Shown one piece after another: positions 10,094 to 18,489 of a DNA stretch of 64,000 bases (position 1 is its first letter; every line of letters starts with the position of its first letter). Source of the stretch: an uncultured Acidimicrobiaceae bacterium (GTDB taxonomy: Bacteria; Actinomycetota; Acidimicrobiia; Acidimicrobiales; RAAP-2); the NCBI GenBank assembly GCA_963727955.1, contig CAVSII010000006.1, forward strand, positions 5,183 to 69,182. The letters are read 5' to 3'. A program made the position numbers and the translations under genes. Below the pieces are notes generated by a model. It did not search any database and was not told the origin of the DNA. It saw only the letters and a list, made by a program, of their open reading frames with translations.

Positions 10094-10280
10094 CTACTTC
10101 CGGCTGCGTCGTGGCTGGACGCTCACAAGTTGATGACTGAGTGCAGTTATGAGAATTATCGGTACTACAGGCACTTCCGAATCAACACTCTTAGTGTTTA
10201 CCAAACCACTACCAGTAGTCAAGGGCGATGGGTTTCTATTCGGTTTCAGTTTGTCGGTGGTCCACCCAGCGTTCGATCGG

Positions 10281-13200
10281 TCAGCGGAAGTCCCGTGACG
10301 CCGGCACCGGGCCCAGGGCCAGTGGTTCGAACCGCTCGGCCACCAGTGTCATCGATCCCTCGGACCGCTCGATCCGTCCCCGCACCAGGAGGGCGGGGGA
10401 GGAGCGGGCCACCGGTCTCCACCGGACCCAGGCGCCCCGCGAGCAGACCACGTTGACCATGCCGGTCTCGTCCTCGAGGTTCAAGAACACGGCACCGTTG
10501 GCACTCTCGGGTTGCTGGCGGTGGGTCACCACCCCCCCGACGGTGATCCGGTCGCCGGCCGGTCGTGACGTCAGAGCGGCTGTGGGGAGCACGCCGCGCC
10601 GGTCCAACCCGCTCCGGGCCAGCTCCATGGCCGTCACCTCGGGGGTCATCCCGAGCGACCACAGGGCGTCGGCCACCTCCTCCCAGTCGGTGGGGGCAGG
10701 GAGGGGCGGCGGGTCGGCTCCGGTGACCACACCGGGGAGGCGGTCGGCCGTGGACTGGGCCGCTGCCCCCGCCCCCCATACCCGGGACCGTCGGTCGGCC
10801 GGGCGCCCCCTGTCCTCCGTGGTCCGGCCGGCCAGGCAGTCGAGGGCCCCGGCCGTGGCCAGCGCCTCCAACTGGGCCCGGGTCACCCCGGCCCGTCGCA
10901 CCAGGTCCTCCATGCCGGTCCACGGGCGTCCCTCCTCGATCCGGGTGGCCGTCTCCTCGCCCACGCCGCGCACCGAGGAGATCCCGAGCCGGAGGGCCGC
11001 CTCGGCCGGCGCCGGGCCGTTCTCTCCTCTTGCTCCTTCTGCTGTTCTCTCTGTTGCTTTCTCCGTTTCTTTCCCTTCTTCTTTTGCGACCGGTTCGAGC
11101 CCGGCCGCCGCCCCGCCCCGGTTGACGTCGGGCCGCCGTACCTCCACCCCGTGGCGCCGGGCGTCGGCCACCAGGCTCTGGGGGGACCAGAACCCCATGG
11201 GTTGGGCGTTCAACAGGCCGGCGGTGAAGGCGGCCGGATAGTGCACCTTGCACCAGGCGGTGGCGTAGACCAGATGGGCGAAGGCCACCGAGTGGCTTTC
11301 GGGGAAACCGAAGTTGGCGAAGGCGGCCAGGGCCACGTAGACCTGCTCGGCCACCTCCTCGGACACCCCCCGGCCGGCCATGCCGGCGAACAGCCGGTCA
11401 CGCAGGCGGGCCATCCGTTCCCCCGACCGCTTGGCGCTCATGGCCTGGCGCAGCTCGTCCGCCTCGGTGGGGGTGAACCCGGCCACGTCGATGGCGATCT
11501 GCATGAGCTGCTCCTGGAAGAGAGGGACCCCGAGGGTGCGTTCCAGGGCCGGTTGGAGCAGCGGGTGCAGATAGCGGACCGGCTCCTCCCCGTTGCGCCG
11601 CCGGATGTAGGGGTGGACGGCGTTCCCCTGGATGGGGCCGGGGCGGATGAGGGCGATCTCGATGGCCAGGTCGTAGAAGCACCGGGGCTGGACCCGGGGC
11701 AGGGTGTTCATCTGGGCCCGCGACTCCACCTGGAACACCCCCACCGTGTCGGCCCGGCACAACAGGTCGTAGACGGCGGGCTCCTGTTCGAGGCGGGCCA
11801 GGTCGATGGTCCGGTGGTGGAAGGCCCCGACCAGATCGATCATGTGGTGCAGGGCGGTGAGCATGCCCAGGCCCAGCAGGTCGAACTTGACCAGTCCGAT
11901 GGCGGCGCAGTCGTCCTTGTCCCACTGCAGCACGGTGCGGCCCGGCATCCGTCCCCACTCCACCGGGCAGACCTCGACCACCGGGCGGTCGCAGATGACC
12001 ATGCCCCCCGAGTGGATGCCGAGGTGGCGGGGGAAGTCGAGCAGTTCGGTGCTCAGGGTCTGCACCGGGCCCGGTAGGTCCTGTCGTTCCCCGAGCGGCT
12101 CGCCCCGGTCGACCGACTTGGCCCACCCGTCGACCTCCTCGAGGCCGTACCCGAGGGCCTTGCCCATGTCGCGCAGGGCCGAGCGGGAGCGGTAGGTGAT
12201 CACGTTGGCCACCTGGGCGGCGTGCCGCCGGCCGTAGCGCTTGTAGACGTACTGGATGGCCTCCTCCCGTCGGCCCGACTCGATGTCGACGTCGATGTCC
12301 GGTGGTCCGTCGCGGGCGGGGGAGAGGAAGCGCTCGAACAGCAGGCCGAGGGAGACGGCGTCGACGTTGGTGATGCCCAGGGCGTAACAGACGGCCGAGG
12401 TGGCGGCCGAGCCCCGACCCTGACAGAGGATGTCGTTCTTCCGGCAGAAGGTCACGATGTCCCACACGGTGAGGAAGTAGCCGGGGAACCCGAGGGCGCC
12501 GATGATGTCCAGTTCGCGGTCGAGCTGGTCCCAGGCGCCGCCTACCCGTTCGGCGCCACGGGGACCGTAACGGTCGGTGGCCCCCTGTCGGACCAGCTCG
12601 ACCAGCCAGCTCTGCTCGGTGTGCCCGGGGGGGACGGGGAAGTCGGGCAGCCGGGGTGCCACCAGGCGCAGGTCGAAGGCGCACTGGGCGGCGATGGCGG
12701 CCGCCTGCTCGACGGCACCGGGCCACCGGGCGAACCGCCGCTGTTGTTCCGCCTCCCCCCGCAGGCAGGCGGTGGCCGAGGGGGGCAGCCATCCCTCCAG
12801 GTCGGCCAGTGTGCGCCGGGCCCGCACGGCGGCCAGGGCGGTGGCCAGGGGGAACCGGGCCGGTGTGGCGTAGTGGACGTTGTTGGTGGCCACCGGGTCC
12901 ACCCCCCGGACGGTGGCCAGCAGGGCCAGGGCGTCGTTGCGGGTGGTGTCGATGGGGTCGCCGTGGTCCCACAGCTCGACGGCCAGACGGTGGCGGCCGA
13001 ACCGCCCGATGAGCTGGTCGAGGACGTGCCCGGCGGCGGCCGGCCCACCGGTGGTGAGGGCGGTGGCCAGCGCCCCCTTGCGGCACCCGGTGAGGATGTG
13101 CCAGTGGTCCCCGTGGTGATCGGACAGGGCGTCGAGGGTGACCACCGGCCGCCCTTTCTCCCCCCGGCCAGATGGGCCTCGGCGATGACCTGGCTCAGGC

Positions 13201-13501
13201 GGGCGTACCCCTCGGGGTCGCGGGCCAGCACCACCAGATGGGTGCCGTCGGGATCGGGGACGCCGGTGCGCAGAGGCCCGGGGGTGGACCCGGTGACGGT
13301 GAGCTCGGCCCCGAAGACGGTGGGCAGGCCGACGGCCCGGGCCGCCTCGGCAAAGCGGACCACCCCGTAGAGGCCGTTGTGGTCGGTGAGGGCCAGGGCC
13401 GACAATCCCAGCCCGGCCGCCGCCCCGACCAGCTCTTCGGGATGGCTGGCCCCGTCGAGGAAGGAGAAGTTGGAGTGGGCGTGGAGTTCGGCGTAGGCCA
13501 T
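10281..13501 (-). pseudogene. dnaE2: Error-prone DNA polymerase DnaE2 (Pol III alpha paralogue), reading frame broken at a homopolymer
   Basis: The PHP N-terminus MAYAELHAHSNFSFLDGASHPEEL... lies inside ORF 12542..13579. The polymerase core lies in ORF 10281..13145 (...GFPGYFLTVWDIVTFCRKNDILCQGRGSAATSAVCYALGITNVD...). The two are in different frames. They join at the C6 run 13160-13165 (G6 on the coding strand). One extra G would read AEAHLAGGEKGRPVVTLDAL. The gene sits last in the imuA'-imuB-dnaE2 cassette. Confidence 0.85.
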
Positions 13502-13514
13502 GGTGGGCGGGCCG

Positions 13515-14684
13515 TCATCCGTAGGTGGCTTCGACCCACCAGCGGCCCCGTTCGGCCAGCAGGAGATGAGCGTCGGCACCGGCCACCGCCTGGAGCCGGG
13601 CGCTGCGTCGACGGGTCCGCGACCACCACCGCTCGTCGCACGGCCACGGACCGGCCCAGGCGGTCACCGCCGACCACGGACCCTTCTCCACCGACAGTCG
13701 GCAGGGGTGGGCGGTGAGCAGCCCCCGCCCCGACACCGACACCGCCCGCCCGTCCTCGTCGGCCAGCTCGGCCGACAGGGGGGAGGGGTGGACCACCACC
13801 GGGGCCGGCGGAGGGATCCGACCGGGCCAGGGGGCACCGAGGTCGGCCCCCTCGGGGGACGGACCGGCGTTCCAGGTGACGAAGCGGGCCCGCTGGGCCG
13901 GGCCGCGGCCCCCCTGCAGGCGGGCCGTGACCACCCCGTCGGGGCCGAGGAGGTCGGCCACCGCCCCCAGGGCACGGGCCGCCCGGGTGTCGGCCTCGCT
14001 GGTCCCGCCCCAGAACTGGGGCTCACCCACTGTTTCTTTGACAGAGGCGGCTTCTCGACAGACACGTCTCTTGACAGAGGCGGCGTTGACGGACGCGGTC
14101 TTTTCGACAGAGGCGGTGTCTTCGACAGACAGGCGGCGACGCCGTTCGTCGACCCGACGGGCGGCCGCCGGTTGGCGTAGTCCGGTCAGTTCGCCGCTGC
14201 GCCCGCCGGCCACCCGGTGGCAGGCCACCCCGTCGGCCCCGAACCGGCCCAGCACATGGGACTCGGGGAGGGCGGCGAAGTCCCCCAGGGTGCGCAGTCC
14301 CAGCCGGTCCAACAGCTCGGCCAGCTCGGGACGGTCGAGGACGGCCAGCGGGAAAGGAGCCAGGAACTCCGGTGTGGTGCCCGGGGGGACGATGCACTGG
14401 GTACGGGCGGCCAGCAGGGCGGCGAACAACCCGTCGGCCACCCCGACCTTTACCGGAGTGACGGCGGCGGCGGCTTCGGCGAGGGACAGGGCCAGCTTCT
14501 CTTCGCCACCGAAATAGCGGGCCGGTCCGCGGGCGGGGAGCGAGCAGATGCCCGACCCGACCACGGTGACCCACGGGCAGTAGGCCTCGGTGGCCTCGAT
14601 GACCCGGAGGAAGGAGCGCAGGACGGTCCCGCTCTCGTCTTCCTCGAGGAGGTGCGGACAACGCACCACGACCAGACGGTTCAT
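13515..14684 (-). CDS. imuB: ImuB (Y-family polymerase-like mutasome subunit)
   Basis: ORF 13515..14684: MNRLVVVRCPHLLEEDE...WVTVVGSGICSLPARGPARYFGGEEKLA...VGVADGLFAALLAAR...LRTLGDFAALPESHVLGRFG. ATGA overlap with imuA'. The stop lies 13 nt before the dnaE2 start. Confidence 0.8.
   Translation of the reverse strand: MNRLVVVRCPHLLEEDESGTVLRSFLRVIEATEAYCPWVTVVGSGICSLPARGPARYFGGEEKLALSLAEAAAAVTPVKVGVADGLFAALLAARTQCIVPPGTTPEFLAPFPLAVLDRPELAELLDRLGLRTLGDFAALPESHVLGRFGADGVACHRVAGGRSGELTGLRQPAAARRVDERRRRLSVEDTASVEKTASVNAASVKRRVCREAASVKETVGEPQFWGGTSEADTRAARALGAVADLLGPDGVVTARLQGGRGPAQRARFVTWNAGPSPEGADLGAPWPGRIPPPAPVVVHPSPLSAELADEDGRAVSVSGRGLLTAHPCRLSVEKGPWSAVTAWAGPWPCDERWWSRTRRRSARLQAVAGADAHLLLAERGRWWVEATYG
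14033..14131. repeat. In-frame 15/18-bp minisatellite (GTCGAA/GTCAAG core) inside the imuB linker
   Basis: Plus strand: ...tttgacagaggcggc ttctcgacagacacgtc tcttgacagaggcggc gttgacggacgcggtc ttttcgacagaggcggtg tcttcgacagacagg... It encodes SVEDTA SVEKTA SVNAA SVKRRVCREAA SVKETV on the coding strand. Confidence 0.7.
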
Positions 14685-15472
14685 GCCGGTCCTGCCGGTG
14701 CCGCCTCCACCGGTCCGGTCGGTGCGCCGTCGGTGTCGTCGCCCTCGACCACCGCCCCGGTGGTCGAGGGCAGCCAGAGATGGCAGCGACGAGGCGGTCC
14801 GACGACCGCCGTCCGGTGGCGGTGAGGGTCATCCGTCGCCGGTACAGATAGCCGTCGCCGGTGCCGAGCGCCGTCCCAGCGGGTGTCGGTCACCTCCAGG
14901 TGGACGTCGGGCGGGACCGGCCATCCTGCCCGCCCGCTCACCACCAGCACCGACCGGCGGTCCCGGGCCCGGGCCACCAACCGGCGGGCCATGGCCGGAC
15001 GGGGAGGGAAGGGAGGGAAGAGGACCACCAGGTCGACGCCGTCGATCACCGCCGCGGTCACCTCGGCCCAGGCGGCCTGGGGCCGGGGGACCACGGCCAA
15101 CCGGTCGAGGTCGATGCCGATGTCGTGGGCGGCCACCGCCCCGAGCCCGTCCAGACCGACCAGAGCGCACCACGAACCTGCCGCCGATGCCGCCGCCACC
15201 AGGGCCAGGGCCACGCTCACCGACCCCCCGGGCTGAAGGCCGGCCCCACCGCCGGTGGCCCGGCCACCCACCACGATGGTGGTCCCCCGACGCAGTCCAC
15301 CGTCGGGGAACAGCCCGGCCAGGGGAGGGGCGACCGGCAGGAGACGGGTCTGGCTGGCGGCCAGGGGACGGGCCCGCTCGGCCAGGAGAGCCAGCGACTC
15401 CCGGGTCCGGGCGGTGTCAGTGGAGTCGGCTTCCGACCGGTCGACGGCCGGACCGGGCGAGGTTACGAACAT
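14681..15472 (-). CDS. imuA': ImuA' (RecA-fold mutasome accessory protein)
   Basis: In-frame ATG at 15472 in ORF 14681..16240: MFVTSPGPAVDRS...LFPDGGLRRGTTIVVGG...SWCALVGLDGLGAVAAHDIGIDLDRLAVVP...VIDGVDLVVL. It is first in the cassette. The remainder of the 519-aa ORF is antisense to the GNAT gene. Confidence 0.75.
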   Translation of the reverse strand: MFVTSPGPAVDRSEADSTDTARTRESLALLAERARPLAASQTRLLPVAPPLAGLFPDGGLRRGTTIVVGGRATGGGAGLQPGGSVSVALALVAAASAAGSWCALVGLDGLGAVAAHDIGIDLDRLAVVPRPQAAWAEVTAAVIDGVDLVVLFPPFPPRPAMARRLVARARDRRSVLVVSGRAGWPVPPDVHLEVTDTRWDGARHRRRLSVPATDDPHRHRTAVVGPPRRCHLWLPSTTGAVVEGDDTDGAPTGPVEAAPAGPA

Positions 15473-15485
15473 ATGTTCGATAGTA
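15466..15485 (-). promoter_or_regulatory. LexA (SOS/Cheo) box CGAACATATGTTCG with adjacent -10 hexamer TACTAT; the box contains the imuA' ATG
   Basis: Perfect CGAAC-N4-GTTCG palindrome at 15466-15479. On the minus strand the sequence reads TACTAT-CGAACAT-ATG, so the A of the ATG is the 8th nt after the -10 hexamer. This is geometry expected for a leaderless mRNA. Confidence 0.75.
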
Positions 15486-15626
15486 CCCACCCGTCGGCCG
15501 TTCTGCCCAGGCCGATGTCGGGTGCGGCAGCGGGGCGGCCGGCGGCCGTTGGTCGCACCATTGATTGTCGTCTGCGGCTCGGATAAGTTCGGGGGGACAG
15601 CGGCGCGTCGACTGGCGGGTCGGGCC

Positions 15627-16213
15627 ATGCTGTTCGCCGTGAACGGGACCATCGAGACCGAACGACTCCTGCTGCGCCCGTTCGTCGAGCGACGACCGGC
15701 GACGACCTGTGGCGGCTGCACGCCGAGGAGTCCTTCTGGTGGTACCCCTTGCGCCGGGCCATGACGCCGGCCGAGTCGGAGGGTTTCCTCCTCCGGGTGC
15801 TGGCCGACACCGCCGACCCCGGACGCCCGGCCTTCCACGCCGTCATCGAGCGGTCCAGCGGGGCCCTCATCGGGTGGGCGGGATTGTCGGTGCCCGACTT
15901 CCTCCCCGAGGTGCTCCCCGCCGTCGAGGTCGGATGGCGCTTCGGGCCTGACCACCGCGGCCGGGGGTACGCCACCGAGGCCGGTACCGCCGCCCTGCGG
16001 TGGGGTTTCGAGGATCTCGGGCTCGACGCGGTGGTGTCCATCTTCGAGCCGGACAACGTGGCCTCGGGGCGGGTCATGGACCGGCTCGGTTTCGACGCCG
16101 GTTTCGCCACCACCCACCCCGGCCGGGGACTCCCCCTGGTGGTCCGCACCCTGACCGTGGCCGACTGGCGGGCCGGCATCGGGGACCGTGCCATCGCCTC
16201 CCGCCGGCCGTAG
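15627..16213 (+). pseudogene. GNAT family N-acetyltransferase (RimJ/RimL-like), frameshifted near 15695
   Basis: N-terminus MLFAVNGTIETERLLLRPFVE is the end of ORF 15255..15764. The protein continues in another frame as DDLWRLHAEESFWWYPLRRAMTPAESEGFL...VGWRFGPDHRGRGYATEAGTAALRWGF (ORF 15749..16213 and upstream). Confidence 0.75.
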
Positions 16214-16471
16214 TCCCACGTCGCGACATTGGGTGGCCAAAATGATCGAAGACGGCGGTCGACGGCGCTACCATGACGGGACCAGAGAGAGGAGGTGGTC
16301 CAACTGAGCAGTCAACGTTTCGGGACCCTGGAGGTGGCTGGCCGCTGAGGCGGCTCGCTGTACCACCTGGCGAATCCCAGCCAGACACCCACCGGGCTAC
16401 TTAGCCGGACCCAGGTCCCATCCGGCGCTTCACGGGGACCCCGGTGTACTCAAAAAATCAGCGAATTAGGC

Positions 16472-16501
16472 CTGCAGGGCGCCTCTCGAGGCGCCCTGCA
16501 G
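16472..16501. terminator. GC-rich 12-bp-stem hairpin between convergent genes (candidate bidirectional terminator)
   Basis: CTGCAGGGCGCC-tctcga-GGCGCCCTGCAG. It lies 39 nt past the antiporter stop (16540, minus strand) and 259 nt past the GNAT stop. On the minus strand a T6 run follows, but only after 13 nt. Confidence 0.45.
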
Positions 16502-16539
16502 TGCTGTCCGGGCTCAGCTTGTTTCGAGCATTGTTCTGC

Positions 16540-18146
16540 TCAGGGACGCATGGTCGTCTCGTCGAGGTCGAGGGCGGCCCGTACCTGGTCGGCCACCCTG
16601 TCGCTGATGCGCCGGCGGGCCAGGAGCTGATCAAGTTCGGTCCGCTCGGTGGCGATGACCTGCAGGCGGAGGTCACGCTCGGCCTCGCGGGACTCGGTGG
16701 CGACCTCGGTGTCGGCCTCATCACCCAGGCCGTTACCTGAGCCGTTGTCGGCCCCGATGACCTCGAGTCGGCGGTCGATGCGGGCCAGCTGCGACTCGTA
16801 GCCGGTGCGGAGACGGTCGACTACCTCCTCGGGGAACTGGTCGGACTGGCTCACGTCGTCGATGTGGCCGAGAGCCACCACCGTCAGCCGGCGTCGGGCC
16901 TCGGTGGTCAAGCAACAGGTCCTGCTGATCGCGGGTGACCAGGCCCAGCCGGCGGATGAGGGGCGGGAGGGTCAGACCCTGCCCGACCAGGGTGGCCACG
17001 ATGACCCCGAAGGTCAGGAAGATGATCAGGTCGCGCTGGGGGAAGTCCTGGGGGAGGGCCAGGGCGGCGGCCAGTGACACCGCCCCCCGCATGCCGGCCC
17101 ACCCGACCACGGTCGTCTCGCGCCACGAGCGGGCGGTGGCCTCGGTGGCACCGAACAGCCGCTGGCCGCCGGGCAGGGCGGTGGCTCCGAACATCCACAC
17201 CATGCGAACCACGATGACCACACCGACCACAGCCAGTGACTCGACGGCCAGCGACCCGGACGTCCGGTTGGTCAGACTGTCGAGGATGGGGCGTAGCTCG
17301 AGTCCGACCAGAAGGAAGGACATGCCGGTCAGAAGGAACACGATGAGGTCCCAAATCTCCCGCTGTTGCAACCGGGCCCCTGCCGTCAGCGAGCGCGAGC
17401 CGAAACGTCCGAAGACCAGGCCGGCGGCCACCACGGCCAGCACCCCCGAGGCACCGATCTTGTCGGCCGGCAGGTAGGCGGCAAAGGGAAGGATGAGCAG
17501 CATGGTGTTCTCGATGACCGGTGTCTCGGTGAAGCGCAGCAGCCGGCTTCCGACCCACCCGACGACGATGCCGATGCCCAGGCCGACGGCCACGGCGAAG
17601 AAGAATTTGCCGGCCACGTCGGCCACGGTGAAGGCCGTCCCGACCGAGGCCACGGCCACCTGGTAGGCGGTCAGGGCGGTGGCGTCGTTCATCAGGCCCT
17701 CGCCCCCGAGGATGGTCACCAACCGGCGGGGCAAGCCGAGCTTGCCGGCGATCTGGGTGGCGGCCACCGAGTCGGGCGGGGACACGATGGCCCCGAGGGC
17801 GAAGGCCACCCCCCACTCCATGTTCCCGACCAGGGTGTGGATGACCACGGCCACCACCACCATGGTGGCCAGCACCAACCCCACGGCCAACAGACAGGAT
17901 GGGTCGCAGGTGGGTGCGCAGCTCGCGGGCCGAGGTGTCGAGGGAGGCGTCGTAGATGAGCGGGGGCAGGAAGACCAGTAGGAACAGGTCGGGTGCCAGC
18001 TGGACCTGGTGACGGACGGGCAGGACGGCCACCACCACCCCGGCCACCACCAGCAGGATGGGATAGGGGATGCGCACCCGGTCGGCGATGGTGGCGATGA
18101 CCACCAGGCCGATGAGCAGCCCGATACCGTCGGCCAGGCTGATCAC
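16540..18146 (-). pseudogene. Na+/H+ antiporter (CPA1/NhaP type), reading frame broken twice
   Basis: Three consecutive minus-strand ORFs carry one protein. (1) 18146->~17898: MISLADGIGLLIGLVVIATIADRVRIPYPILLVVAG...THLRPIL. (2) ORF 16733..17890: LAVGLVLATMVVV...SPPDSVAATQIAGKLGLPRRLVTILGGEGLMNDATALTAYQ...GWAGMRGAVSLAAALALP. (3) ORF 16540..16911: cytoplasmic tail. The breaks are at ~17897 (an extra t in ctgTctg) and ~16915. Confidence 0.85.
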
Positions 18147-18489
18147 TTAGCTGCCCGGCCCACCCAGCGGCCCGGCCGCCGGTGGCCACAGGATCCGACC
18201 GGCCGTGGGTGCGGAGAAGGTCCTCCTGGCCTGGGCCACGTTTCATTCTCCCGATGCGATGTCGAGCGGACCCGAGGACCGCCCCCCGAGCGGTCAGTCT
18301 CGCCGCGCCTCCCGAGCCGGAGCGGCCATTTTCATCAAGTGATGGGACGATCCTTGGTCACCTGGTGAGTCATATTTATAGCTGTTATATCCTGTTCTGC
18401 CATTAATAGTTATTTTTATATCTATAATCTTCTGTCGATAGTGACATGAGGTGGCCATACAGCCACTATCATGGCTATAGGAGGCAGAA

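Noticed and set aside
16214-16471. SRP RNA, tmRNA, RNase P RNA, and cobalamin, TPP or guanidine riboswitches as the identity of the non-coding stretch
   Set aside because: The hallmark strings I know are absent or out of order: GGAAGCAGCC for SRP, GAGGAAAGUCC for RNase P, the GCCACUG B12 box, CUGAGA for TPP, and the GGUCCGAGAG...ACGGCGGGA pattern for ykkC. The region is kept only as an unassigned candidate in the findings.
18340-18489. Classical hipBA operator (TATCC-N8-GGATA) upstream of the HTH-HipA gene
   Set aside because: TATCC occurs once (..ttaTATCCtgttctgccatta..) but lacks the GGATA partner at the right spacing. Only a weak inverted repeat, GATAGTG...CACTATC, is present, which is not enough to call an operator.
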